From NCBI GenBank assembly GCA_963843455.1, contig CAWJKE010000007.1, forward strand, positions 102,501-166,500: a stretch of 64,000 nt of DNA, written 5' to 3'. The notes beneath the pieces were generated by a model, which was not told where the DNA came from, did not search any database, and saw only the letters and a list, made by a program, of their open reading frames with translations. Numbering within the stretch: the first letter of the stretch is position 1; the number at the start of each line of letters is the position of its first letter. The translations under genes and the position numbers were made by a program. Below are positions 46,618 to 56,028 of the stretch, one piece after another. The DNA is from an uncultured Actinomycetota bacterium (lineage in GTDB: Bacteria > Actinomycetota > Thermoleophilia > RBG-16-64-13).

Positions 46618-47691
46618 TTACATCGCCGGCCCAGTCGGCTCGCCGGGGTCCGGCTCCTCTCTTGACCGGGACCGACTCCTCTTCAGGATCCCGGACGCTC
46701 CACCATAGAGTCTCGCCCAGTCGTCGGCATCCAATTCGGCGGCCCCCAACAGCAACGGGTCTTCAACAAGTACCGCGTATTCGTAGGGCTGCACGGCTTT
46801 CCCGCTCAGGTGCTGGGTCACTCGGTTCAGTCTGACGCCCAAAAGGACGATGATCGCCATGTAATCCGCCCAGATGAGGAGGGCCAGCAGCGCTCCCACC
46901 GAGCCTAAGCCCTGCTCGTTCCAGAGCATGAACGCCCCGTAGATTCGCGTGCCCAGAGCGCAGAGTACTGCGGTGAGCAGAGCTCCCTTCCAGCAATCGC
47001 GTGGGGAAATGCGGATGTCAGGAAGGACGGTGAAGATGAGTATCAGCAATCCCCACGTGAGCAGGAAGCCCGCGACCCACTGCGAGACGTCCAGCAAGAA
47101 CCCGTGGCCGACAACAGCGCTCAACAAGCCGCTCCCGGATTGGAGCGCGACCGCAAAGAGAAGAACAGCGCTGGGAATGAGCAATAGGCCGTACAACAGG
47201 AGCCGGGACAGGAGTCTCCGAAGAGAAAAACGCGACGGCCTGACCCGGATGTCCCACATGACGTTGAAGGCAATCTGAGTTCTCACCACGAGCCCCCGCG
47301 CCCCATATAGAAGCAGGAGGCCGCCAACTATGGCCGTTTGCGTAGCCCAACCGGGAGAGCTCGAGCGAATCAGCAGGCTCAGGAATAAGTCTGCGAGTTC
47401 GGGTCCCAGGTATGTTGTGAGAATCTCTCGTAGTTGCCCCGCGGCCGCGATCGGGTCGACGAAGTGGCCGACAATCCGGAGTGTAAGGAAGGTGAGCGGG
47501 GCCAAGGAGAACAGAAGATAGTAGGCGATGCCGGCGGCGAGGAGGGAGCCGTTGCGTCGCGAGTAGCCCCGGTACAAGGCCCACAAGGGGCGGACGACAG
47601 CCACTCTTTGGAGCCGGTTCCTCCACTTTGCGCGCCAACCGGCAGCGGCTGAAACGCCGGCTGATTGCTGATCGGTCTCGTCGGCATCCAT
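46618..47691 (-). CDS. YihY/BrkB family inner-membrane protein
   Basis: LLAAGIAYYLLFSLAPLTFLTLRIVGHF signature and 6 TM helices; C-terminal cytoplasmic extension. Confidence 0.8.
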   Translation of the reverse strand: MDADETDQQSAGVSAAAGWRAKWRNRLQRVAVVRPLWALYRGYSRRNGSLLAAGIAYYLLFSLAPLTFLTLRIVGHFVDPIAAAGQLREILTTYLGPELADLFLSLLIRSSSPGWATQTAIVGGLLLLYGARGLVVRTQIAFNVMWDIRVRPSRFSLRRLLSRLLLYGLLLIPSAVLLFAVALQSGSGLLSAVVGHGFLLDVSQWVAGFLLTWGLLILIFTVLPDIRISPRDCWKGALLTAVLCALGTRIYGAFMLWNEQGLGSVGALLALLIWADYMAIIVLLGVRLNRVTQHLSGKAVQPYEYAVLVEDPLLLGAAELDADDWARLYGGASGILKRSRSRSREEPDPGEPTGPAM

Positions 47692-47729
47692 ATCTCGAGA
47701 TCTCCGTTCATGCGGCTTCCGGCGCCCGG

Positions 47730-48677
47730 TTACTCGAACACGGTTCTCCAGTCGCGTTTCATGCTCACGACCGTCCAGCCGTACTGTCTCGCCAGTTCCA
47801 GCGATCTTTCTGCGCCGGTCACATAGTCGAATTCACGGGCCGGGTCATCATGTAGGACAAGTAGGCGCAGGGCCGGCCGCGGCGGCTTGTTGGCGAACTG
47901 AAGCATAGGTATGTCGCCGTTGGAGTTTCCCGCTGCGAAGATAGGACGCTTCCCGATGCGGCTCCAGATGCGCGGCGGCTTTTCGGGACCGTCGTCCAGC
48001 ACGTCGAGTTGGGGTTGGGTCAGTAGGTCCCCACCGTCCCCATCTTCGCGAAAGGCGAGGGAGATACTGCTACCGATCACGCGCTCCGGTGGTATGCCAT
48101 ATATCTCCTGGGTGATCGGACGGATGAAGTCCCTTCCGCCGCCCGACGCGATGAACGTGGTGAAGTCATTCGCCTCGAGATAACGCAGTAGGTCGATCAT
48201 GGGTGCGTAACCACAGGCGCGATATGGCCGCTTCAGGGTGGGATGCGACTGCGTTCGCAAGAAGCCGCCTGCGCGTTGGGCGAACTCTTCGGTCGTGACA
48301 CCCTCAAACGCGGTGAGCAGACCCTGTATCACCACGGGCAGATCGCTGTCGTCACCCGCATAGTGCTTGTTGATCACACCGCCCAGCCAGGCGTAGTCCC
48401 TTTCTACAGCGGCTTTCCAGGGCTGTTGATCGCGTAACGCAGGATCTTGCCCCGCCATTTCTACCCAGCGCCGAAGGATGAAATCGAGTTGGATGGGCAT
48501 GGGCTTTTCGCACCACAGTGTGCCGTCGTTGTCGAAGGTGGCGATTCGGTCCGCGGGTGGCATAAACGTCGCGCTGTTCGGTGTGGCCACCCCGGTGACA
48601 AAGTCGACGATGGCGCTCTTGGCAGCGCCATCGTTCCAAGACTCGAGTAGCAGCGACATGATGATTGCCCCGTTCAT
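47730..48677 (-). CDS. HAD-superfamily hydrolase
   Basis: FDNDGTLW (DxDGT motif I), IASGGGRDF, AAGNSNGDIPML (motif III/IV-like). Confidence 0.65.
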   Translation of the reverse strand: MNGAIIMSLLLESWNDGAAKSAIVDFVTGVATPNSATFMPPADRIATFDNDGTLWCEKPMPIQLDFILRRWVEMAGQDPALRDQQPWKAAVERDYAWLGGVINKHYAGDDSDLPVVIQGLLTAFEGVTTEEFAQRAGGFLRTQSHPTLKRPYRACGYAPMIDLLRYLEANDFTTFIASGGGRDFIRPITQEIYGIPPERVIGSSISLAFREDGDGGDLLTQPQLDVLDDGPEKPPRIWSRIGKRPIFAAGNSNGDIPMLQFANKPPRPALRLLVLHDDPAREFDYVTGAERSLELARQYGWTVVSMKRDWRTVFE

Positions 48678-48715
48678 CTGTTGGAGTCGTCTGAGAACGC
48701 TATCTACTCACTATG

Positions 48716-49438
48716 TCAGATACGGCTGGAGCAAGGCGGAGCCGTGACCCTGCTCGGGCTGTCGACCGGCCGTGAAGTCGTGCGCAGCATGACCATGCCC
48801 AGCCACACGAACCACACGATCTGCAGCAGCCCAAAGCCGTATGCCAAGTCCCTGAGTGCCGGCACGAGTGAGAGGACACCCGCGGCGCCGATCGCCACTC
48901 CGAGCCAGTTCAGCACCTTGGGCAGTCCCCCGGTGCGCAGCGCAGCCACGCTCACCAGCAGGACCCACAGACCACCGAGAAGCTCACCGCCGGATCCGCC
49001 GAGGCCCTGAGCCACCGGCTCGATCGCCTGCCAGGCCGACACGGCCTGAACCGGATCGGTGCCATGGAGCCCGACGACCGCCGCCATGCCGGCGTTGAAG
49101 ATCATCCCGCTCGCGACTAGCGCGAAAGCCCATATGAGTCCTACGGCGGTCGCCGCCTGGGCCAAGATTGGGGCACCGTCCTTCAGGCGGGGGTAGAGCG
49201 TCAGCGCCAAGACGGCCACGATGACGCCGAAGATGATGTACGTGAACAGATACATGGCCTGCATGCTGTTGTGGCTGCCCACAAGCAGGGCGACCTTCTC
49301 AAAGGGATCCACCGCATTCGGGTACTTCACGAATACCAGGAAGTATGGCATCGCCACCACATAGGCTAGAGCTAGGTAGAGCGCCGCGAGGCCTCCAACC
49401 TTGTGCTGCCGCGCATTTCCACCGACGGACGAGTTCAT
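48716..49438 (-). CDS. membrane protein (DUF4386-like)
   Basis: Six predicted TM helices; start at internal ATG (MNSSVGG...). Divergent from the TetR gene. Confidence 0.45.
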   Translation of the reverse strand: MNSSVGGNARQHKVGGLAALYLALAYVVAMPYFLVFVKYPNAVDPFEKVALLVGSHNSMQAMYLFTYIIFGVIVAVLALTLYPRLKDGAPILAQAATAVGLIWAFALVASGMIFNAGMAAVVGLHGTDPVQAVSAWQAIEPVAQGLGGSGGELLGGLWVLLVSVAALRTGGLPKVLNWLGVAIGAAGVLSLVPALRDLAYGFGLLQIVWFVWLGMVMLRTTSRPVDSPSRVTAPPCSSRI

Positions 49439-49495
49439 TCGAGTCTCCTCTCTGGTCAAGGCACGCGGGCCTTGCGGTCCAGACACGTGCGATGT

Positions 49496-49531
49496 AAACT
49501 TATGATGTAAGTATAAACTTACTATGTAAGT
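49496..49531. promoter_or_regulatory. tandem palindromic operator-like sites (TetR-type) in divergent promoter region
   Basis: aaACTTATgatGTAAGT and aaACTTACtatGTAAGT: two direct copies of a 17-bp unit, each a 6-bp inverted repeat with 3-nt spacer, in the 107-bp AT-richer gap between divergent genes 48716-49438(-) and 49546-50220(+). Confidence 0.35.
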
Positions 49532-49545
49532 CTGTCAAGTGGGAG

Positions 49546-50220
49546 TTGCCTGTGCCGTCCCGACCCACGCCGAGTCCAGGGTCCCGCGCGCCGCTCAGCA
49601 GGGAGCGAGTCCTGATGGCTGCCGTTGTGCTTGCCGACGAGAAGGGCATCGAGTCACTCACCATGCGAGAGCTCGGACTCAGACTAGGCGTCGAGGCGAT
49701 GTCGCTGTACAACCACGTGGCCAACAAGGAGGACATCCTCGACGGCATGGTCGATCTGGTGGTGAGCGAGATCGACCTTCCTTCGGACACGGTCGATTGG
49801 AAAGGGGCTATGCGCCGGAGGGCGATCTCGGCCCAGTCGGTCTTCTCGCGTCACCCGTGGGCGAGCGGTCTGATCGATTCGCGAGAGAGCAGCGGACCCG
49901 CGAGGTTACGTTACTTCGACTGGGTCATCGGGACGCTTCGGCGGGCCGGGTTCACGCTCGAGATGGCCGCTCATGCGTTTTCGATCCTCGACAGCTACAT
50001 CTATGGCTTCGGTCGACAGAAACTCAACATGTCCGCCGGACCGGACGTCAAGCCCGAGCAAATGGGGGAGGCCTTCCTGCGCGCGATACCGGCCGATGAG
50101 TATCCCTACCTCAGGGAGATGGTCGTCGAGTACGCGATGAACTCCGGCCACGATGAAAGCGCTGACTTCGAATTCGGGCTCGACCTGATTCTTGATGGGC
50201 TTCAGAGGCTTCTGGACTGA
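49546..50220 (+). CDS. TetR/AcrR family transcriptional regulator
   Basis: LSRERVLMAAVVLADEKGIESLTMRELGLRLGVEAMSLYNHVANKEDIL HTH; TetR_C-type C-terminal domain. Confidence 0.8.
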   Translation: MPVPSRPTPSPGSRAPLSRERVLMAAVVLADEKGIESLTMRELGLRLGVEAMSLYNHVANKEDILDGMVDLVVSEIDLPSDTVDWKGAMRRRAISAQSVFSRHPWASGLIDSRESSGPARLRYFDWVIGTLRRAGFTLEMAAHAFSILDSYIYGFGRQKLNMSAGPDVKPEQMGEAFLRAIPADEYPYLREMVVEYAMNSGHDESADFEFGLDLILDGLQRLLD

Positions 50221-50316
50221 ACCAGCCGTTCATTGGTTGGCCAGGTGTTCTCAGGCACAGAGAGTGCGATACTCCCTGCCGACACAAGTCAACCCACTCC
50301 GAGAGGACCGAGGCCA

Positions 50317-51330
50317 ATGGTCGGCGGAACTCGCCTTGCCCAAGCAAAGAGCCTGCTGGCGATAGCCGGCTTGGCGGCTGTCGCCGTCGCGCTGGTTGGT
50401 GCCAGTTTCGCGTGCGCTGCCAACATCACGACCGCACCGATCACCGCTGCTTCATCAAGCACTCTTGCCTCCACTACGACCACGCCATCCACCTCCTCCA
50501 TGCCGGAGACCACCACGTCGGTGCCGCAGAACACCACGTCGGTACCGCAGACCACCACGTCGGTACCGCAGACCACCAGCTCCGTGTCGCAGACCACCAG
50601 CTCCGTGTCGCAGACCACCACCTCGCTGGCCCCTGCCTCGACCACGACGGTCTCGTCTGTTGTGCGCCCGGTGATAGTCCTGGACCCCGGTCACAGCGGC
50701 ACCAGCCTCACGACCATCGATCCGGCGACACAGATACGCGATGAGGAGTACCTCAACACTCCCGAGACGAAGAACATGTTCGAAGTGGCCGTGCTGCTCA
50801 AGGCCAAGTTGGAAGCGGCGGGGTACACGGTCCTCATGACCAAGAAGGCGTGGAACGACACGGTCAGTAAGCGGGACAGAGTGAACTTTGCCAACAAGAA
50901 TCATGCTGCTCTTGGCGTAAGCATCCATACTTCTGGTCATACGTTTGGTGGCTACGGTGAGATCTACGTTCAGAGGATGGACTCGTACCGAGAGGACATC
51001 CACGGGAAGAAGGTCTACTTCGCGTTACCCGATGTGGCCGCTCTCAGCGCAAAGTACGGGCAGATATTTCTGGCAGAGCGCCGCAAGATAGAAGGCTCCA
51101 GCATCCGGATCACCGTGAACACCAGCTGGGGAGGGCGGGGGCTCGCTCCAGGCAACATCCCCATCGTCCAGTTGTTCTCGAAGGTGCCCTGGATCCTCAA
51201 TGAAGCCGGTGTGCCTGGGAATGCGAAAGAGAAAGAGCGCTATGCCCAGAGTCTGTTCAACAGCATCGTGAAGTGCGTCCCTATCGGCGACGCGGCTTCG
51301 CCGCCTGAGTCTTCCACGCCCGCCTCCTAG
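50317..51330 (+). CDS. N-acetylmuramoyl-L-alanine amidase (Amidase_3 family) with Thr/Ser/Pro-rich repeat linker
   Basis: Signal peptide; IVLDPGHSG...E...H Amidase_3 motifs; linker of TTSVPQ repeats. Start at internal ATG (MVGGTRL...). Confidence 0.8.
   Translation: MVGGTRLAQAKSLLAIAGLAAVAVALVGASFACAANITTAPITAASSSTLASTTTTPSTSSMPETTTSVPQNTTSVPQTTTSVPQTTSSVSQTTSSVSQTTTSLAPASTTTVSSVVRPVIVLDPGHSGTSLTTIDPATQIRDEEYLNTPETKNMFEVAVLLKAKLEAAGYTVLMTKKAWNDTVSKRDRVNFANKNHAALGVSIHTSGHTFGGYGEIYVQRMDSYREDIHGKKVYFALPDVAALSAKYGQIFLAERRKIEGSSIRITVNTSWGGRGLAPGNIPIVQLFSKVPWILNEAGVPGNAKEKERYAQSLFNSIVKCVPIGDAASPPESSTPAS
50509..50613 (+). repeat. 5 x 21-bp tandem coding repeat (TTSVPQT/TSSVSQT)
   Basis: accaccacgtcggtgccgcag / aacaccacgtcggtaccgcag / accaccacgtcggtaccgcag / accaccagctccgtgtcgcag x2, inside the amidase linker. 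Confidence 0.75.
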
Positions 51331-51451
51331 CACGTCACCTTGGTGGGCGGCTATCTGTGGTTGGTCGATGAAGCTCCACGCCGACGACATCTCCACTATA
51401 GGACAGAGATGGCCGATAGGTAGAGCAACCCTCCCATCGAGGAGCGAGGTG

Positions 51452-51916
51452 ATGAACGCCGACCGTGATCAGACCTCTCATGCTGCCGGGACGACAATCG
51501 TCGTTCTGCTCGGCCTTGTCGGCCTCTTCTGGATAGTGGTCGCTGCTGTGCAGATCTCGGCCGGGTTGGCCAACCGCCCGGGAGGCGATGCGCTTCTCAT
51601 AGCCATCATCGGCGCCTGCAACCTGCTTGTGGCCGGATACATCCTTTCCGCCATCAGAGGGGTGCTGCGGCGCAGCTACCACGCGCAGGGCTCGCTGGTG
51701 CTGATATCCGTTGTCGGTGCCGTCTGGGGACTCTTTGCCGCCATCTTTCCCGGCGGCTGGTTCCATCTACTCGTTGTTCCGCTCAACGTGGGCGTCGGCG
51801 TGTTGGCGTTGACCAGCTCGGCCTACTTCGCGCCCACCCACAGTCGAGGAGACGAGTCGGCGCCGCGACTCCGGCTGCCCGCGCCGCCGGCGCCGCCTCC
51901 CTGGGAGTCGCCGTAG
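51452..51916 (+). CDS. membrane protein (hypothetical, 4 TM)
   Basis: Hydrophobic helices; RBS GGAG..AGGTG before ATG 51452; Pro-rich C-terminus. Confidence 0.4.
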   Translation: MNADRDQTSHAAGTTIVVLLGLVGLFWIVVAAVQISAGLANRPGGDALLIAIIGACNLLVAGYILSAIRGVLRRSYHAQGSLVLISVVGAVWGLFAAIFPGGWFHLLVVPLNVGVGVLALTSSAYFAPTHSRGDESAPRLRLPAPPAPPPWESP

Positions 51917-52075
51917 TGGGATAGACCGTGATGCGGGAGGTGCCACCTGATGTCGCGCCGGCGCTGGGCCTCGCCTACCTGGTGAATGAAGCCCCCGGCA
52001 TGTGGGTCTGTGACAGGTCTTGCCCCTGCCTGGCGCGCGCCCTAGGATAGGAGTAGGACTACGGGGGAGGGGATC

Positions 52076-52654
52076 ATGCTCAAGACATGGGCCGTTCTTA
52101 TAGTGGTCGCCCTTGTGCTGATCGCCATTGCTCTCGGCGTCGATCTGGTACTCGCAGGCAGCCTGAACTCCGACGCCGACTCTCGCCTTCAGCGGCTGGC
52201 CATGGACCAGAGCCGCGCGATAAGCGTCAACGAGGGTGTGGTGAGCCTGCCGGCGCCGTCCGGAGAGCCCGCCGACCTCGGGTCGCAGACGTGGGTGTTC
52301 GCGGACGGCCAGACGGTCACCGGCCCCACCGGTGTCGATCCTGACACCGTCGCTGCGGCGAAAGCCCTGGACGGAAGACCGTCGCAGTTCGTCGATGTGC
52401 CCGGTCATGAAGTGCGTCTCTACGCGGTTCCCCTTTACTTTCAAGACAAGCAGATCGGCACCGTCGTGACAGGCCTATCCACGGCCTCCTACCACCGCGC
52501 CCAGAGGCTGATGCTCATCGCCACGGGCGTTTTCACGGCAGCAGTCCTCATGATCGTCGGTTTGGCGGGGTTGTGGGTCCGCAGGAGCCGCCCCGCCCTG
52601 CCGCCGGGAGCCGGCGAGCACGCGGACAAGTCGGCAGCCGCCTCCACGCCCTAG
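52076..52654 (+). CDS. membrane protein resembling the TM-periplasmic-TM sensor module of a histidine kinase, no kinase core
   Basis: TM1 (WAVLIVVALVLIAIALGV), ~120-aa extracytoplasmic segment, TM2 (LMLIATGVFTAAVLMIVGLAGLWV) then RRSRP... and stop after 25 more residues. Confidence 0.35.
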   Translation: MLKTWAVLIVVALVLIAIALGVDLVLAGSLNSDADSRLQRLAMDQSRAISVNEGVVSLPAPSGEPADLGSQTWVFADGQTVTGPTGVDPDTVAAAKALDGRPSQFVDVPGHEVRLYAVPLYFQDKQIGTVVTGLSTASYHRAQRLMLIATGVFTAAVLMIVGLAGLWVRRSRPALPPGAGEHADKSAAASTP

Positions 52655-52719
52655 GCCAAGGCGGCCTGGCAGCCGCTCTTGGGGACGGTAGCTCCGTCAC
52701 CAGCGTTCCCTGACCGGGG

Positions 52720-54906
52720 ATGCGATATCATCAGACGGTTGACCGACAGTCTCAAGGGAGGCACCTGGTGGGAACGCCCCAACCGCCGGAAATGGCAGTG
52801 CGCGAGCCGCTCTTGGCTCTCACCGATAGATACAGCGGCCCTTCCAGCGAGCAGGTGCTGGCCCGGCTGCAGCAGCCCGACATGCAGGGGATCAAGGGCG
52901 TGGTGTCCTGGCGGGGCGCCTTTCTTACCGATGACGCCTGCCCGGTGGAGATGGGCCTGGCGTACCTGAGGCTTCTCCAGCAGGAGTCCTGCGGCCGCTG
53001 CGGTCCCTGCCGTATAGGTGTGGACATCCTGATAGAGCTCATCGAGAAGCTCGTGGCCGGCACTGCCGTGACCGTCGACGGGGAAGACGCGGTCGCCCGT
53101 ATCCGCCGGTTGGCCGAGTCCATCGACGACGCGGCGTGGTGTGGCATCGGCAACACCATCGGACCGCCCATCGTGGCCCTGCTCGATCTGGCTCCCGAGC
53201 ACTTCGCCGCTCACGCCGAGGGGAGCACCTGCGAGCCCTCCACCAAGCACGGCTGGGTGACGGCTCCCTGCCGCTCCACCTGTCCCTCCACGCTCGACAT
53301 CCCCTGGTATATCTTCCACGGGCTCGAAGAGCATCCGCATCTGGCCACGCGGATCATCAAGCGCGACAATCCGCTGCCGGCCATCATCGGGCGGACGTGC
53401 CCACATCCCTGTGAAGCGAACTGCAGCCTGGCGCCGATGGGGCAGCCCATCGCCATCAACAACATCAAGCGCTGGTGCGCCGACCGGGCCGAAGACCTGA
53501 CCACCGACCAGTGCGCCTCCGGCTGTTTGCTGGACCCGACCAAGGGCGCCTCGTCCGAGGCCACCGCCGTCGGCGGCGCCCTGGCCGACGCCGCCGCTCT
53601 CATCGAGGGCGGCCCGCACGAAGTCACCGAATTGGTCACGGCGCAGCCTGGTCATTGGCCGCTCGGGTCGCCGGCCGCGTCGGCAGGGGGCAACGGCAAC
53701 GGCGGCGCCCCGGCAGGGGCGCCCCGCAGAAAGGTGGCAGTCATCGGTGCCGGGCCGGCGGGCCTCTCCGCCGCCTACTTCCTGGCCCGCATGGGTTACG
53801 CCCCGACCATCTTCGAAGACCTGCCCGTCCCGGGGGGCATGGTGCACGTAGGCATCCCCGAATACCGGCTGCCCCGCCACGTGATCCGCCGCGAGACCGA
53901 GCTCATCCAGCAGCAGGGCGTCGAAATCCGCTACAACACCCGTCTGGGTCGCGACATCCAGTTCGCGGACCTGGAGAAACAGGGGTTCGAAGCCACCTTC
54001 GTCGCCGTAGGCGCTCACTTGGGGCGGCCGCTGGGAATCCCGGGAGAAGACCTTCCTGGTTCCATGGACGCCATCGTGTTCCTGAGGAAAGTGGCGCTGG
54101 GCGAGAAGGTCGATATCGGCGAGACCGTGCTGGTGCTGGGCGGCGGTAACTCCGCCATGGACGCGGCCCGCACCTCGGTCCGGCTGGGCGCGAAAAAGGT
54201 GCAGGTGGTCTATCGCCGCACGCGGAACGAGATGCCTGCCAACGTGTGGGAGATCGAGGAGGCCGAAGAAGAAGGGGTGGAATTCCTGTACCTGGCCGCG
54301 CCGGTGGAGTGCCAGGGCGTCGAGGGCGTACAGGGATTGGTCTGCCAGCAGATGGAACTCGGGGAGCCCGATGCCAGCGGCAGGAGGAGACCGGTCCCGT
54401 CGGACATGGCCCCGTTCGTTCTCACCGCCGACAGCATCATCGCCGCGGTAGGACAGCAGCCGGATTTTGACCCTTTCAAAGGGGATGAGGGGATCAAGCT
54501 CAACAAGTATGGCTATATGGAGGTCGATCCCTACACGCTCATGACCACCAAGCCCGGTGTGTTCGTCGGGGGCGACGCGGTGAGCGGCGGCGGCACCATC
54601 ATCGAGGCGATCAATGCTGGCAAAGTCGTGGCCAAGTATATGGACAAGCACCTGCGGGGCGAGCCGGTGGAAGAGGATCTCGAGGACAAGACCAAGAGGT
54701 TGGCCGTCTACCTGGGCGCCCAGGACAGCCGCGAGCCCTTGGCCGAGAACGTCGACTACGGCATACGCGAGAAGATGCCCATGGTGGAGCCGGAGGTGCG
54801 CAAGCACAACTTCGAGGCGACCGAACTGGGCTACACGCTCGAGCAGTGTAAGAACGAAGCGGACCGCTGCCTGAGGTGCCATAGGCCCATCCTTGTCGCA
54901 GTGTAG
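52720..54906 (+). CDS. NAD(P)H-dependent FAD oxidoreductase, GltD (glutamate synthase small subunit)-like, with N-terminal NuoF-type SLBB/4Fe-4S domain
   Basis: ESCGRCGPCRIG...AAWCGIG (NuoF C-terminal 4Fe-4S motif), then GltD N-domain CPSTLDIPWYI...GRTCPHPCEANC, then KVAVIGAGPAGLSAAYFLARMGY FAD and LVLGGGNSAMDAAR NAD(P) Rossmann motifs. Confidence 0.8.
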   Translation: MRYHQTVDRQSQGRHLVGTPQPPEMAVREPLLALTDRYSGPSSEQVLARLQQPDMQGIKGVVSWRGAFLTDDACPVEMGLAYLRLLQQESCGRCGPCRIGVDILIELIEKLVAGTAVTVDGEDAVARIRRLAESIDDAAWCGIGNTIGPPIVALLDLAPEHFAAHAEGSTCEPSTKHGWVTAPCRSTCPSTLDIPWYIFHGLEEHPHLATRIIKRDNPLPAIIGRTCPHPCEANCSLAPMGQPIAINNIKRWCADRAEDLTTDQCASGCLLDPTKGASSEATAVGGALADAAALIEGGPHEVTELVTAQPGHWPLGSPAASAGGNGNGGAPAGAPRRKVAVIGAGPAGLSAAYFLARMGYAPTIFEDLPVPGGMVHVGIPEYRLPRHVIRRETELIQQQGVEIRYNTRLGRDIQFADLEKQGFEATFVAVGAHLGRPLGIPGEDLPGSMDAIVFLRKVALGEKVDIGETVLVLGGGNSAMDAARTSVRLGAKKVQVVYRRTRNEMPANVWEIEEAEEEGVEFLYLAAPVECQGVEGVQGLVCQQMELGEPDASGRRRPVPSDMAPFVLTADSIIAAVGQQPDFDPFKGDEGIKLNKYGYMEVDPYTLMTTKPGVFVGGDAVSGGGTIIEAINAGKVVAKYMDKHLRGEPVEEDLEDKTKRLAVYLGAQDSREPLAENVDYGIREKMPMVEPEVRKHNFEATELGYTLEQCKNEADRCLRCHRPILVAV

Positions 54907-54921
54907 CGAGGGGCCGGCGCC

Positions 54922-56028
54922 GTGGCGCTGAACTACCCGTTCCCCGGCCCGCCGGCGCCGGGCGAATCGCTGGAGATACTCCCGGGTATCCACTGGGTGC
55001 GGCTGCCACTGCCGTTGAAGCTCGACCACGTCAACGTCTGGGTCCTGGAGGACGGCGACGGGCTGACCGTGGTCGACACCGGAGTGGGGGATGAAAGGAC
55101 CGGCGCGCTGCTGCGGCAGGTGCGTGCCACGCTACCCCGGCGGCCGTTCACCCGCATCCTGGTGACCCACCATCACCCCGACCATTGCGGCCGCGCCGAC
55201 CGGCTGAGCGAGGAGAACGGCGCCGAGGTCCTGATGAGCGCTCAGGCTCACGAGGCGGGGCTGGTGCTGCGGCGCCTGGAGAAGGGCACCGATGCCAGAT
55301 CGACCGCGGCTCGGCTGGCCGGACACGGGCTGTCGGCGGACGCACAGCGGTTCCTGGTCGAGAATGAGGCATCGTTTCAGATCCTCAAGCCGGGGCTGCC
55401 CCCCGATTTCACGCCTCTCGCCGAGGGCGACACCGTCTCGACGGGCGCTTATTCCTGGCAGGTGATCTTCGGCCAGGGCCACGCGCCCGACCACGTGTGC
55501 CTGTATTGCGCGGACCCGCCGGCGGCCGGCGGGGCGCCCGTGGGCGCGGGAGGGGCCGCGGCTGGGGATCTGGGCGACGCTGCCCGGGCCAAGCGGCCCG
55601 GGATCCTGATCTCCGGTGACATGGTCCTGCCGCATATCTCCACTCACGTCGGATCCCCGGCCGCGTGGCTGCCGGGCAATCCGGTGGCTTTGTTCCAGGA
55701 ATCGGTGCGCCGTCTGGCCGAACTTCCGCCCGACACGCTCGTCCTGCCGTCTCACGGGGTTCCGTTCGTGGGGCTGCGGGAGCGGGTGGCCGAGTTGGAG
55801 CTGCATCACGAGGAGCGTTGTAGAACGATCGCGGCGGCCCTCGGTGGACCCCGGACCGCGGCGGAACTTCTGAGGGTCGTCTTCCAGCGGGAATTGGATC
55901 CCCTGCAACTGATGCTCGCCATGAACGAGGCCGTAGCCCACCTTGAGTACATGACCGACCGGGGTGAGCTGGAGCGGGTTGCGGGGGAGGACGGCATCAC
56001 GCGCTACGTGCGAAGGGACGCCGAATGA
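54922..56028 (+). CDS. MBL-fold metallo-hydrolase
   Basis: ILVTHHHPDHCG (HxHxDH), GDTV...GH downstream His/Asp ligands. Confidence 0.8.
   Translation: MALNYPFPGPPAPGESLEILPGIHWVRLPLPLKLDHVNVWVLEDGDGLTVVDTGVGDERTGALLRQVRATLPRRPFTRILVTHHHPDHCGRADRLSEENGAEVLMSAQAHEAGLVLRRLEKGTDARSTAARLAGHGLSADAQRFLVENEASFQILKPGLPPDFTPLAEGDTVSTGAYSWQVIFGQGHAPDHVCLYCADPPAAGGAPVGAGGAAAGDLGDAARAKRPGILISGDMVLPHISTHVGSPAAWLPGNPVALFQESVRRLAELPPDTLVLPSHGVPFVGLRERVAELELHHEERCRTIAAALGGPRTAAELLRVVFQRELDPLQLMLAMNEAVAHLEYMTDRGELERVAGEDGITRYVRRDAE

Noticed and set aside
52651-55029. 792-aa minus-strand ORF antisense to the NuoF/GltD oxidoreductase gene
   Set aside because: Arg/Gly/Ala/His-rich composition with no motifs, while the plus strand carries unambiguous Fe-S and Rossmann motifs. 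This is a typical high-GC antisense ORF artefact. The same reasoning applies to 61093-62736(-), 17128-18207(+), 1965-2888(+), 22827-24014(-), 23441-23815(-) and 11983-12828(+).
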